From assembly GCA_038231275.1 (NCBI GenBank), contig JBBRLQ010000017.1, forward strand, positions 131,530 through 195,529: 64,000 nucleotides of DNA, given 5' to 3'. This document shows positions 11,625 through 21,462 of the stretch, piece by piece. This DNA is from Polyangiales bacterium (GTDB lineage: Bacteria > Myxococcota_A > Polyangia > Polyangiales > Polyangiaceae). A model generated the notes under the pieces. That model saw only the letters and a program-made list of their open reading frames with translations, searched no databases and was not told the origin of the DNA. The stretch's first letter is position 1; each line of letters begins with the position of its first letter. Both the position numbers and the translations under genes were made by a program.

Positions 11625-13225
11625 GCCGCGCCTCCGCTCCCGACGTGGCGAGCGGGCCGCGCGTCGCCGCGGTCCTCGTCGTGGCAGGGGCCCTCTTCGC
11701 CGCTCCCGCCGCGCACGCCGCCCAGATCACCTTCGGCCCCGGCGACTCGTACGACAAGCTCGAGGCCGCCAAGGCGGGGGACGAGGTCATCGTCGCTCCG
11801 GGGAAATACACGTTCCGCGTGCACTTGATCCAGCTCGGCACCGCGCAGAAGCCCATCGTCATCCGCGCCGCCGATCCCAACAACAGGCCGGTGTGGGATC
11901 TGTCGGCCACGCTCGTCGAGAACGCGCCGGGCAGCTCCACCGACGGCGACCGCGGGCGCGCGTGCTGGCAGGTCGACGGCGGCACCGGCTACATCATCTC
12001 CGGCATCGAGATCACCGGCTGCCACGACGTCGACAAGAACTCCGCGGCGCTCCGCTACTACAACGCGTCCGACGTGACGCTCCGCGACGTCTACTTCCAC
12101 GGGAACGACAACGGCCTCACCGGCGGCACGCAGGACAGCTCCGCGGTCGTCGAGTGGAGCGAGATCTCGAGCAACGGCGACACCACGGCGACCTCGCCGA
12201 CGCACAACCTGTACATCTACGGAGGCCTCTTCGTCCTCCGCTACTCGTACATCCACGACAGCTTGCACGCGGAGAACTTCCACGTCCGCGCGCGCGAGTC
12301 GCTCATCGAAGCGAACTGGTTCGCGCGCGCGAAGAACTACGAAGGCGATCTCATGACGAGCAACGACGCCGCAGCCGCCAACGCCGGTTTTTTGCAGTCG
12401 ATGATCGTCCGCGGCAACGTCTTCGTGCAGGCCGCGCAGCCCGACAACACCGGCCAGATCCTCGCCGTCTTCAACGACACGAAGACCGCCGGGACCGCGT
12501 TCGAGATCCGGATGATCGGCAACACGTTCGTCGGCGCCGGGAAGAACAGCGCGGTTTTGCACCTTTCCGACGCCGACAAGACGCCGATGCAGGCCGAGGT
12601 CTCGAACAACATCGTCTTCGGTACGAACCGTGCGTCGCTGGTGGACGACGCGAGCGGCATCGTCGTCGGCGCGAGCAACTGGATGGCCACGGGGGGCGAC
12701 CCAGGCCCACTCGTCGACACGGTTTTCGGTGCGGCGCCGGGGTTCAAGAACCCTGCGATGAAGGACTACACGCTCCTCCCGACCAGCGACGCGATCGGCA
12801 AGGCGAGCGGCATTCCCAAGCTGCCGCCCGCGACCGAGTACTACAAGGACGAGGTCCTCGCCCGGCGCTACCGCCTGCGCGCGTCGACGAGGGACATCGG
12901 CGCGTTCGAGAGCACGACCACCGATCCCTCGTACGGCCCCTACGATCCGCCGCCCCCCGTCGACGCGGGCGCCCCCCCGCCGCTCACCGACAGCGGCGTC
13001 CCCATCCCGAACCCCGGCGGGAGCAGTGGCGGCGTGAAGGACGGCGGCGCGATCGGAGACGACGCCGGCAACGGCGCGGCGCCCGGCGGACCCAGCTCTG
13101 GCTGCGGCTGCGCCGTCGGACAAAACGGAAGGAGCGCCGGGCCCGGATTCATGGCGACGACGCTGCTCCTCCTCGTTTACTTCAGCCGCGATCGAGCGCG
13201 GCGACGAGGAGCGGGGCGACGCTGA
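11621..13225 (+). CDS. Secreted right-handed parallel beta-helix protein with MYXO-CTERM sorting signal
   Basis: GTGA overlap at 11621; signal peptide AAHA; beta-helix repeats (GNDNGL, HNLYIYG, RGNVF, GNTF, SNNIV), DIGAFE; C-terminal SSGCGCAVG...hydrophobic...RRR. Confidence 0.8.
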   Translation: MSRASAPDVASGPRVAAVLVVAGALFAAPAAHAAQITFGPGDSYDKLEAAKAGDEVIVAPGKYTFRVHLIQLGTAQKPIVIRAADPNNRPVWDLSATLVENAPGSSTDGDRGRACWQVDGGTGYIISGIEITGCHDVDKNSAALRYYNASDVTLRDVYFHGNDNGLTGGTQDSSAVVEWSEISSNGDTTATSPTHNLYIYGGLFVLRYSYIHDSLHAENFHVRARESLIEANWFARAKNYEGDLMTSNDAAAANAGFLQSMIVRGNVFVQAAQPDNTGQILAVFNDTKTAGTAFEIRMIGNTFVGAGKNSAVLHLSDADKTPMQAEVSNNIVFGTNRASLVDDASGIVVGASNWMATGGDPGPLVDTVFGAAPGFKNPAMKDYTLLPTSDAIGKASGIPKLPPATEYYKDEVLARRYRLRASTRDIGAFESTTTDPSYGPYDPPPPVDAGAPPPLTDSGVPIPNPGGSSGGVKDGGAIGDDAGNGAAPGGPSSGCGCAVGQNGRSAGPGFMATTLLLLVYFSRDRARRRGAGRR

Positions 13226-14102
13226 TCACGTTCGCGGCGCCGACCTTTTGGCTCCCGGGGTGCGAGTCCGTGCCGAGCACCGTCGCGATCGCGCCGCTCG
13301 TCAGGATGGAGTCGAGCGACGCGCCCGGCAGGACAAGATGGCTGGCGACGGCGTGCACGCGCGACGCGCCGGCGTCCATGTACGCGCGCGCGGCCTGCAC
13401 GAGCGACGAGCCGGTGCGGATCATGTCGTCGTAGATCATGACCTCTTTGCCGCGCACGTCCGCGTTGACGCCGGTGACCGAGAGCGCGCCGCTCTGGGAA
13501 TCGCGCTTCTTGTAGACGAACGCCGGCTCGACGCCGAGATCGCGCGCGAGGCTCTGCACCCACTTCGCGCGTCCGGCATCGGTCGCGCCGAGGACGTAGG
13601 AACTACCGGCCATGGACTTCTTGACGGCCTCGGTGACGACCGGCGCGCCGTACAGGTGGCGCGTCGTCACGGCGTCGCCGAAGTAGAACTCGATGCCGTC
13701 GGTGTGAAGATCGAAGAGGAACACGCGTGTGCCCCCTTCGCAGCCGGGGATCGCGGAGATGAGACGCGCGCGGCTCTTCGCGGTCACGACCTCGCCGATT
13801 CGAACGGCGCGCTCCATCGTCGCGTAGCCGAAGTACGGCATCACGATCGAGAGGGAGCGCGCGCCAGCGTGGGCCACGGCGCAGGCGAGATCGTAGAGCT
13901 CGAGCCAATCGAGATCGGTGGGCGTGCCGCCGAGGAGGACGACGTCGCGCGCCCACGGGCTCTCGAGGAGGCGCAGGTAGCGCTCGCCATCGGGGAACGT
14001 CTTGCGCTCGATGCCGCCCTCGTCGAACGCGCCGGCCGTGAGGAACGACGGCGCGAGGTAGGCGTAGGAGCTGATGGCGAAGAGGAGCTTCTTGGTCGTC
14101 AT
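13182..14102 (-). CDS. prs: Ribose-phosphate pyrophosphokinase
   Basis: FPDGE, MPYFGYA, DLHT, YDDMIRTGSS (PRPP-binding), GTDSH; ATGA overlap with lpxA stop. Confidence 0.9.
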   Translation of the reverse strand: MTTKKLLFAISSYAYLAPSFLTAGAFDEGGIERKTFPDGERYLRLLESPWARDVVLLGGTPTDLDWLELYDLACAVAHAGARSLSIVMPYFGYATMERAVRIGEVVTAKSRARLISAIPGCEGGTRVFLFDLHTDGIEFYFGDAVTTRHLYGAPVVTEAVKKSMAGSSYVLGATDAGRAKWVQSLARDLGVEPAFVYKKRDSQSGALSVTGVNADVRGKEVMIYDDMIRTGSSLVQAARAYMDAGASRVHAVASHLVLPGASLDSILTSGAIATVLGTDSHPGSQKVGAANVISVAPLLVAALDRG

Positions 14103-14851
14103 CGGGAGGCGGTGAGCGCCTCCTTCAGCGCGCGGACGAAGGGATCGGTCGCGTCCAGGTCGGCGAGGGCGTCGGCGCGCGCGCGTTTGCCCGAAAAAAT
14201 GGCGCGAAACGCGCACTCTAGGGCCGTGATCGACTCCTCGGGCACGCCGCGCCTGCGGAGGCCCACCTTGTTGAGGGCGCGGACGCGGGCGCGATCGCCT
14301 TGCACGATCACGAACGGAGGGACGTTCGCTTCGCACATCGCGCCGGCAGCGACGAACGCGCTCTCGCCCACTTCGACGAACTGCGCGACGCCCGCGAGGC
14401 CGCCGAAGGTGGCGTGATCGCGCACGACGGCGTGGCCTGCGAGCTGCACGGCGTTCGCGAGCGTCACGTTATCGCCGACCCTCACATCGTGCGCGACGTG
14501 CGATCCGGCCATCAGAAGGTTGAAGGAGCCCACGCGCGTTCCTTCGCTCTTCGAGCTCTTGTGGATGGTGACGTGCTCGCGGATCTCGTTCTCGTCGCCG
14601 ATCGAGAGGTGCGAAGTGGTGGGGCTTTCGCCGCGCCGCTTGTGCTGCGCCTCGGTACCCAGCACCGCGAACGGGTAGACGACGTTGCCACGCCCGATCA
14701 CCGTGGGACCGTGCACGACGACGTGCGACAGGAGGCGCGTTCCTTCGCCGATCACGACGCGCGCGCCGACGACCGCGTACGGGCCGATCTCGACGCCCCC
14801 GGCGAGCTCCGCCTCGGGATGCACGATCGCGGTCGGGTGTATCTTGGGCAC
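14099..14851 (-). CDS. lpxA: Acyl-ACP--UDP-N-acetylglucosamine O-acyltransferase LpxA
   Basis: IHPTAIVHPEA, IGPYAVVG, IREHVTIH, HVAHD, LAGH, LNKVGLRRRG; GTG start 14851. Confidence 0.95.
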   Translation of the reverse strand: MPKIHPTAIVHPEAELAGGVEIGPYAVVGARVVIGEGTRLLSHVVVHGPTVIGRGNVVYPFAVLGTEAQHKRRGESPTTSHLSIGDENEIREHVTIHKSSKSEGTRVGSFNLLMAGSHVAHDVRVGDNVTLANAVQLAGHAVVRDHATFGGLAGVAQFVEVGESAFVAAGAMCEANVPPFVIVQGDRARVRALNKVGLRRRGVPEESITALECAFRAIFSGKRARADALADLDATDPFVRALKEALTASR

Positions 14852-14853
14852 GC

Positions 14854-15306
14854 TCAGTCCTTCCGATCGACGACGCTCGCGAGGAGCTCGCCCTGCGCGC
14901 ATAGAGTGCCCTCGACGGACGCCTCGCCGCGGAGCTTCCACACGTTGGTGCGGTGGTGGATCACCGTCACCTCGAGATCGAGCCGATCGCCGGGCGTGAC
15001 GGGCCTCCGGAACTTCGCCTTGTCGATGCCGAGGAAGTACATGAGCGAGCTCTGCGCGTCGAAGGGCTCGCTCGCGTACGCGAGGAGGCCGCCGATCTGC
15101 GCGAGCGCCTCGAGGATGAGGACGCCCGGCATGATGGGGCGGCCCGGGTAGTGCCCGAGGAACCACGGCTCGTTCATGCTCACGCACTTGTGCCCGCGGA
15201 TGCGCTCGTGCGCGACGACATCGGTCACGCGATCGACGAGCACGAATGGCCAGCGGTGCGGCAGGATCGCGAGGATGCGGTCGATCTCGATCGTCGTCTT
15301 CGTCAT
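14854..15306 (-). CDS. fabZ: 3-hydroxyacyl-ACP dehydratase FabZ
   Basis: LPHRWPFVLVD, NEPWFLGHYPGRPIMPGVLILEALAQ, FRRPVTPGD. Confidence 0.97.
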   Translation of the reverse strand: MTKTTIEIDRILAILPHRWPFVLVDRVTDVVAHERIRGHKCVSMNEPWFLGHYPGRPIMPGVLILEALAQIGGLLAYASEPFDAQSSLMYFLGIDKAKFRRPVTPGDRLDLEVTVIHHRTNVWKLRGEASVEGTLCAQGELLASVVDRKD

Positions 15307-16196
15307 GGTGCGAGCGGGTCCTTGCCGAGGCTCTTCTGGCCCCTGTACAGGCGCGCGAGCGCGCGGAGCCAGCGGGCGCGAGGGACTGCCGGGTATCCTG
15401 CCACGACCGCCCCCGCCGGTACATCGCCGATGACCCCGCTCTTGCCGGCGAGGCGCGCGCCGTCGCCGATCGTGACGTGATCGGCGACGCCGACCTGCCC
15501 GCCGACGAGGACGCCCTTTCCGAGCGTGACCGATCCGGCGAACCCGGACTGCGCGGCGATGATGCAGCCCTCGCCGACGTCGCAGTTGTGGGCGACGTGG
15601 ACCTGCGCGTCGAGCTTCGCGGCGCGGCGGATGCGCGTGGGGCCGAGCGTTCCGGCGTCGACGGTGCAGAGCGCGCCGATCACGACGTCGTCGTCGACGA
15701 TCACGCCTCCCTTTTGCGGCATCGCGCGGACCTCGCCGCCGGGTCCGGTGGCCCAGCCGAATCCGGGTCGACCGACGACCGAGTTGTGGCCGACCTTCAC
15801 GCGCTTGCCGAGCACGACGCCGGGCGCGAGGACCACGTTCTCGCCGAGCTCGCACCCCTCGCCGACGATCGCTGGCTCAGCCGCGGCGGCGCACAGATCC
15901 AGCAGACCGGCGAGCGCCCACGTGGCGTGAGGGTGTACCCATGCGGCGACACCCCGGACGCGCGCGTCATGGGCGAGGCCCGCGTCGACGAGCACACACG
16001 CGCCGCGGGCGTGGGCTTCCTCCGCGGCGCGGACGTATTTCGAGGCGAGCAGCGGGGCGAGATCGCCCGCAACGGCCTCGCGGATCGGGGCGAGCCGTCC
16101 AATCGTCGCGCGGCCGGCGTCGCCCAGCGCGAGCTCGCCCCCGAACCTGGAGACGAGCTCCGCGAGCGCTTCCGGCCGCGCGAGCGCGACGCTCAC
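15303..16196 (-). CDS. lpxD: UDP-3-O-(3-hydroxyacyl)glucosamine N-acyltransferase LpxD (short form)
   Basis: GRPGFGW, PQKGGVIVDDDVVIGA, KLDAQVHVAHNC, IAAQSGFAGS, GGQVGVADH, GYPA; position between skp and fabZ. Confidence 0.9.
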   Translation of the reverse strand: MSVALARPEALAELVSRFGGELALGDAGRATIGRLAPIREAVAGDLAPLLASKYVRAAEEAHARGACVLVDAGLAHDARVRGVAAWVHPHATWALAGLLDLCAAAAEPAIVGEGCELGENVVLAPGVVLGKRVKVGHNSVVGRPGFGWATGPGGEVRAMPQKGGVIVDDDVVIGALCTVDAGTLGPTRIRRAAKLDAQVHVAHNCDVGEGCIIAAQSGFAGSVTLGKGVLVGGQVGVADHVTIGDGARLAGKSGVIGDVPAGAVVAGYPAVPRARWLRALARLYRGQKSLGKDPLAP

Positions 16197-16762
16197 TTCT
16201 TGGGAGCCGCAGGGACCGGCGGGGTCGGACCAGGCGCCGGCGCCGCGCCGCCGTTCACCATCTGGATGCAGCGATCGGTGAGATCGAGATCCGTGCGCAC
16301 GAACGCGACGGTGGCCTTGTCGAGCACGACGTCGAAGCCCTCGGTCGAAGCGAGGCGCTTCACGATCCCCATCACCTTCTCGAAGATGGGATCGGTCATC
16401 TCCTTTTGCTTCTTCTCGAGCTCCTTATTGTACTCAAGGAAGACCTGCTGAAGCTCGACCATCTGCTTCTGCCACTCGTCGATCCGCTTCTGCAGCGCCT
16501 CTTTGCTCATGACCTTCGACTGCTTGTCGATGTCCTCGCGCTGCTTCTGCATGTCGTTCTGCTTCTTGTTGAGCTCCTGCTGACGTGAGTCGAAGAGCTT
16601 CTTCAAGTTGGCCTGGGCGCGGAGGCCGTCCTCGGTCTGCATGACCGCGCGCTGCACGTCCACGACGGCGATTTTCTGCTCGGCGGCGCGCGCGGTCGGC
16701 CCGATCAAGAGGAGGGCGAGCGCGACGAGGGGCGCGAGGGCGAGGCGAAGCGGATGGTTCAT
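16193..16762 (-). CDS. skp: OmpH/Skp periplasmic chaperone
   Basis: Signal peptide, KIAVVDVQRAV, coiled-coil middle, GFDVVLD...DLT; upstream of lpxD. Confidence 0.9.
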   Translation of the reverse strand: MNHPLRLALAPLVALALLLIGPTARAAEQKIAVVDVQRAVMQTEDGLRAQANLKKLFDSRQQELNKKQNDMQKQREDIDKQSKVMSKEALQKRIDEWQKQMVELQQVFLEYNKELEKKQKEMTDPIFEKVMGIVKRLASTEGFDVVLDKATVAFVRTDLDLTDRCIQMVNGGAAPAPGPTPPVPAAPKK

Positions 16763-17014
16763 GGGGAGGGAGGTAGCCAAACCGGTGCCAAGGGTCAAAT
16801 GGCAAGGAACGTTGGGGGCTCGGGGCACCGGACGCCGGGTAAACGCCGGTTTACACCCCACCCGGCAATGGAGTCGCACGGTGAGGCACCCGACGCCCCA
16901 CTCGAGGCACGGGTCGGAACGCGAAAACGCCATCTGCCGCCGATTTCTTCGAAGCACACAATCCGTTGGCGAGATGGCACGCGACGTGGATACTTCCCCA
17001 AGCGGAGGCTACGG

Positions 17015-18157
17015 ATGCCCAGCGTATGGAGCCGATTTTCGTCTGTCGTCGGGGCCCTTGCCGCGGTGGGTGCCATCGTGTGGAGCGGGTGCGGCACCGG
17101 GGACGATCGCTACTATTGCGACAACTCCGGCTGCTACAGCTGTGACGCCTACGGGTGTCGCAACGTACCGCCTCCCGGCGTGACCCCGTGCACGGGGACG
17201 TCCAGCTGCAGCTCGGGTCAGGTCTGCACCGACCAAGGCTGCACGCAGACGTGCGGGTCGACCAGCGATTGCCCGCAAGGCACCGTCTGTACGTCGAACC
17301 TGTGCACCGCGCCTGGCGGAGTGCCGCCGACGCCGAAAGAGTGCACGACCGCCGCCGAGTGCAAGGCCGGCGAGCAGTGCGTATCGAACAAGTGCGTGCC
17401 CGGCGTCGTGAACGCCGACGGCGGCACCGACGCGACCCCGCCGCCCGACGCGGGCCCGCAGTGCACAAAGGGCGGTGACTGCGCGACCGGCCAGGCGTGC
17501 GTCGGCGGCAAATGCCAGACGTGCGGCGGCGCGGCCGGTCCGTGCGCGTGCACGAAGACGACGGACTGCACGGGCAACGACGTCTGCATCGGCGGCGTTT
17601 GCACCGCACCCGCCAACGGCTGCAAGTTCGACAGCGACTGCGGCGATCCGAACAAGGTGTGCGTGGACGGCAAGTGCGAGAACACCTGCACCACGGCCGA
17701 CGGTGGCGTCTCGACCTGCCCGACCGGCTTCACATGCGTGAAGGGCGGCTGCGAGCCGAACCCGACGGGCTCGACTTGCTCCACCAACAACGACTGCAAG
17801 GCGCCGACTCCGTTCTGCGTGGGCGGCCAGTGCGAGGCCGGCTGCACCAACGACCAGCAGTGCGGCCCCGGCAACTACTGCAACAACGGCGCGTGCGCCC
17901 CCGACACGCGCCCGACCGCGAACTGCACCGGCGACCTGCAATGCAACAGCGACGCGGGCGGCCCCGCCGAAAAATGCGTCAGCGGCATCTGCAAGTTCCC
18001 GTGCTCGACCGACGCCCAGTGCGCCACGATTGACGTGCGCATCAAGTACTGCGCGCCGGACAAGGTGTGCCGCTCCTACTCCGAGGCGCACCCGCAGTGC
18101 ACGTCGAAGTCGGATTGCGCGCCGACGCAGGACTGCATCTCGAACGTCTGCAAGTAA
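17015..18157 (+). CDS. Cysteine-rich repeat lipoprotein
   Basis: GGAGG RBS, lipobox WSGC, about 12 repeats of C-x2-x2-DC-x2-G-x2-C-x2-G-x-C. Confidence 0.8.
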   Translation: MPSVWSRFSSVVGALAAVGAIVWSGCGTGDDRYYCDNSGCYSCDAYGCRNVPPPGVTPCTGTSSCSSGQVCTDQGCTQTCGSTSDCPQGTVCTSNLCTAPGGVPPTPKECTTAAECKAGEQCVSNKCVPGVVNADGGTDATPPPDAGPQCTKGGDCATGQACVGGKCQTCGGAAGPCACTKTTDCTGNDVCIGGVCTAPANGCKFDSDCGDPNKVCVDGKCENTCTTADGGVSTCPTGFTCVKGGCEPNPTGSTCSTNNDCKAPTPFCVGGQCEAGCTNDQQCGPGNYCNNGACAPDTRPTANCTGDLQCNSDAGGPAEKCVSGICKFPCSTDAQCATIDVRIKYCAPDKVCRSYSEAHPQCTSKSDCAPTQDCISNVCK

Positions 18158-18290
18158 CAGGGCCGCGAGTTCGCGAGCAGGCCGCTGCCTGCGCGATGTC
18201 ACTCGGCGCGCCGCATGTGCCGAAAGTCACGATCCCGAGCCATGACCTCCGGGATTGGCGGCGCGCGCGGCGAGAGAGCACCCTACCGCC

Positions 18291-19178
18291 ATGATCGACC
18301 CCCGCGGCTTCGTCCTCCCGACCATTTCCCTCGCGTTCGTCGCCGTGCTGAGCGCGTGCCCTTCGTCGGCGACCCCGTCGGCGACAAGCCCGACCGGAGC
18401 CTCACCGGCGTCACCGATCGCGTCCCAAGCCCCCGAGCCCTCGCCTGCCCTTCGCGCGGCGGTCGCCGGTGCCGCCCGAACCGACCGCGAGCGCGCGCGC
18501 GACGTGTACCGTCACCCGGCCGAGACCCTGGCGTTCTTCGGCCTGCGCGGCGATCTCACGGTCGTCGAGCTCTGGCCGGGCGGCGGCTATTACACGACGA
18601 TCCTCGCCCCCGTCCTCGCCGAGCAAGGCCACCTCACGATCACCCACTTCGATCCGAAGGGCGACCCGAAATCCGAGGACACCGAGGAGGCTCAAGCCAT
18701 CCTGGGGCGCCTCGCAAAGAGCCCCGCCGTCTTCGGCAAGGTCACCCCAAAGGAGCTGAAGCGCCCCGAGCTCTCGCTCGGCCCCGACGGGAGCGCCGAT
18801 CTCGTGCTGACGTTTCGCAACGTCCACAACTGGATCGACGACGGCACCGCCGATCAGGTCTTCGCGGCCACCGCGCGCGTCCTGAAGAAGGGCGGTGTCC
18901 TCGGCGTCGAGGAGCACCGCGGCAAGCCGGGGATGACGACCGCGCAGATCAAGGACAGCGGCTACGTCCCCGAGACCGTCGTAGTCGCGCTCGCCGAGAA
19001 GGCCGGCCTCCGCCTCGCCGCCCGCTCGGAGATCAACGCGAACCCCAAGGACACGACGATTCACCCCAAAGGCGTGTGGGCGCTGCCGCCGGTGCTCGCC
19101 AACAAGGACGTCGATCGCGACGCCTACATCACCGTCGGCGAGAGCGACCGCATGACGCTCCGGTTCGAAAAGCCCTGA
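18291..19178 (+). CDS. Class I SAM-dependent methyltransferase-like exported protein
   Basis: RDVYRHPAETLAFFGL, VVELWPGGGYYT, DLVLTFRNVHNW, LKKGGVLGVEEHR, NPKD, GESDRMTLRF; lipobox LSAC. Confidence 0.85.
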   Translation: MIDPRGFVLPTISLAFVAVLSACPSSATPSATSPTGASPASPIASQAPEPSPALRAAVAGAARTDRERARDVYRHPAETLAFFGLRGDLTVVELWPGGGYYTTILAPVLAEQGHLTITHFDPKGDPKSEDTEEAQAILGRLAKSPAVFGKVTPKELKRPELSLGPDGSADLVLTFRNVHNWIDDGTADQVFAATARVLKKGGVLGVEEHRGKPGMTTAQIKDSGYVPETVVVALAEKAGLRLAARSEINANPKDTTIHPKGVWALPPVLANKDVDRDAYITVGESDRMTLRFEKP

Positions 19179-19190
19179 CGCGGGCGCGAA

Positions 19191-20177
19191 TCACTTGATG
19201 ACGGTGAAGGCGCGCCCTTCGCTCTTCGAGCCGCCGAAGCTGCCGACGCCGTAGTAGTAGACGCCGGTCGTCGACGTGAGGGGCGCGATGTCCTTCGCCG
19301 TGATCTTCATGAAGCCGCCGATGTTGCGGGTCATGCTCGCGTCGTTGCCGCTGTAGCTCGACGTGATCGAGAAGGTGACGGAGTTCGCGTCGCTCGGCGG
19401 ATCGCCCGTGACGAGGATTGTGTGCGGGCCCTCGCAGAAGGTCTGGTGCGTCGTCCAATCGAGCTCGAAGGAGCCGCCGTTCCGAAGATCCGCGACGGCG
19501 CAGACCGGGCTCGTCGTGTCGATGTCGCAACCGCCGGTGTGGACCGCGGCGACGATCGGCGTGGTCGGGCAGGTTCCGCCGCTCGGGGTCGTGGTGCCGC
19601 CGGTCGCCGCCTTCGTGTACCCGATGGTGAGCGTGTACGGAGCGGCGAGATCCTTCGAGAAGAGCGCGACCACCATCTTCCCGCTCGCCGACGCGATCTT
19701 CACGGCCGCGGGCTTGGTCGTCGCGCCGTCGGCGCCGAGCTGCTTGTAGCTGCCGTCGTACACCGCGAGATCGACGTCCGCGCCCGAGGTCCAGTCCACG
19801 TGCACGTCGAGCGCGCCGGCGTCCGTCGCGTCGAACGTGAAGAGGTCCCAGTCGCCGGTGTACTTCGTCCCGTCGCTTCCGCCGCTCGCCAGCTCTCCCT
19901 TGATCACGATCGTCTCGCTTGCCGCGAGCTTGCCGAGATCCTGCGCGTGCGCGGCGTCGGGGCCGTCGTTTGGCTCGACCTCCGCGACGTTCACGGTGGA
20001 CGCGTCGACGCTACCGCTGGTGCCACTGCTACCACTGCTGCCGCCGCTCGAGCCCGTTCCGGAGGAGCCGCTCGACGTGCCCGCCGAGGTGGGGGCGGCG
20101 CTGCACCCGACCGCCGCGAGGGCGAGGGCGAGCATCGTGACCGGCATCGTCCGTGACAGGCGCTTCAGGGTCGGCAT
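19191..20177 (-). CDS. Hypothetical lipoprotein with PPC-like (EVEPND) domain
   Basis: Lipobox AVGC, Ser/Gly linker, EVEPND...DWDLF...DVDLAVYD, Cys-containing C-terminal domain; GC3-rich codon usage. Confidence 0.7.
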   Translation of the reverse strand: MPTLKRLSRTMPVTMLALALAAVGCSAAPTSAGTSSGSSGTGSSGGSSGSSGTSGSVDASTVNVAEVEPNDGPDAAHAQDLGKLAASETIVIKGELASGGSDGTKYTGDWDLFTFDATDAGALDVHVDWTSGADVDLAVYDGSYKQLGADGATTKPAAVKIASASGKMVVALFSKDLAAPYTLTIGYTKAATGGTTTPSGGTCPTTPIVAAVHTGGCDIDTTSPVCAVADLRNGGSFELDWTTHQTFCEGPHTILVTGDPPSDANSVTFSITSSYSGNDASMTRNIGGFMKITAKDIAPLTSTTGVYYYGVGSFGGSKSEGRAFTVIK

Positions 20178-20278
20178 CGTCGTCTCTCCGTTCAGGTTCG
20201 GGTCGGGGTCGAGTCGCTTCGTTCGTCTCGTTCGACGTTCAAGATGCGGCGCCGGTGCCCTCTTCGCTCCTGAAGCGA

Positions 20279-20296
20279 TCTGAAACTTCTTTCAGA
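20279..20296. promoter_or_regulatory. Palindromic putative operator TCTGAAA-N4-TTTCAGA
   Basis: Perfect 7-bp inverted repeat about 100 bp upstream of the 19191-20177 gene. Confidence 0.4.
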
Positions 20297-20365
20297 GCTT
20301 GTTTGGCGCGCGTCACCGGGCCGTGCGGGAACGTGTGCAAGTGACGGTCGCCCGCGGCGAATGCG

Positions 20366-21454
20366 TCAGTCCATCCCCGGCTCGAAGCGCGACGGCGGCG
20401 CGTCGCACTCTTCGTCCGGGGACTCGACCTGCACAGTGACGTACTCGACGCCGAACGACGACCGCACCTTGTCGGAGATGCGACGCGCGATCGTCGGATC
20501 GGGCGTGGCGCGCACGTGGACGGTGATCGCGTCATGACCGGCCCCGAGCGTCCACACGTGGAGATCGTGGACCTCGAGGACGCCTGGAAACGCGCTCACC
20601 ACCGTGCGCACCGCGCCGACGGGGAGGTGCGGCGGCGCCGCCTCGAGCAGCACGAGCGTCGCATCGCGCACGAGACGCAGCGCCCCGAAGACCAAGATCG
20701 CCGCGACGAAGAAGCTCGCAATCGGATCGACGCTCGGCGGTCCACCGGCCTTGATGACGATCGCCGCCACGATGGCCGCGAGCGACCCGAGGGTATCCCC
20801 GAGGAGGTGCAGCCACGCGCCGCGCAGGTTCATGGCGTGGCCGTGGCCGTGTCCGCCGTGCGCGTGCGCGTGCGCGTGCCCGGCGGCGCCGCTGTGATCG
20901 TGAATCGCTCCGTGAATCAGCCATGCCGAAACGCCGTTGACCGCCAGCGCAGCAAGGGCGACGTAGAGCATGATCCCGGCGTCCGGCGTCTCGTTGCCGG
21001 CGCGCAGTCCGGCGATCCCCTCGCGGATGATCCCCACCGTCGCCGCCATCACGAGCCCCGCATTGAACAGCGCCGCCACCGGCTCCGCGCGCCGCAACCC
21101 GAACGTGAACCGCGCCGTCGGCCGCCGCACCGCCAGTCGCATCGCGATGAGGCTCATCCCGAGCGCGAACACGTCCATCAAGAGGTGCAGCGCGTCGACC
21201 TTGAGCACCTCGCTCTTCGCCGCGATGGCCCCTGCGAGCTCGGCAACGAAGAAGATCGCGATGGTGATGAGGACGATGAAGAGGCGCTTGGCCTGCTTTG
21301 CCTCGCCCGCCGTGAATTTCCCGCTCGGCTTCGATGCCGGTGCGTGGTCGTCGAGATCGGCGGGCGGGTGGCCGTGCGCGTGCTCGTGGTCCGCGTGATC
21401 GTGATGCGCGTGATGCGCGGGGTCGTCGTCCGCGTGATCGTGATCGTGTGCCAC
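20366..21454 (-). CDS. Cation diffusion facilitator (CzcD/ZitB-type Zn/Co/Cd efflux) with His-rich N-terminus
   Basis: DALHLLMD, FTFGLRRAE, NLRGAWLHLLGDTLGS, DPIAS, HDLHVWTL, TVQVE; GTG start 21454 with GAGG RBS. Confidence 0.92.
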   Translation of the reverse strand: MAHDHDHADDDPAHHAHHDHADHEHAHGHPPADLDDHAPASKPSGKFTAGEAKQAKRLFIVLITIAIFFVAELAGAIAAKSEVLKVDALHLLMDVFALGMSLIAMRLAVRRPTARFTFGLRRAEPVAALFNAGLVMAATVGIIREGIAGLRAGNETPDAGIMLYVALAALAVNGVSAWLIHGAIHDHSGAAGHAHAHAHGGHGHGHAMNLRGAWLHLLGDTLGSLAAIVAAIVIKAGGPPSVDPIASFFVAAILVFGALRLVRDATLVLLEAAPPHLPVGAVRTVVSAFPGVLEVHDLHVWTLGAGHDAITVHVRATPDPTIARRISDKVRSSFGVEYVTVQVESPDEECDAPPSRFEPGMD

Positions 21455-21462
21455 CGGCGACC

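Noticed and set aside
17015..18157. Cys-rich proteins as RiPP or metallothionein precursors (also 27626-28372)
   Set aside because: They have lipoprotein signals and regular disulfide-type repeats common in myxobacteria, with no maturases adjacent.
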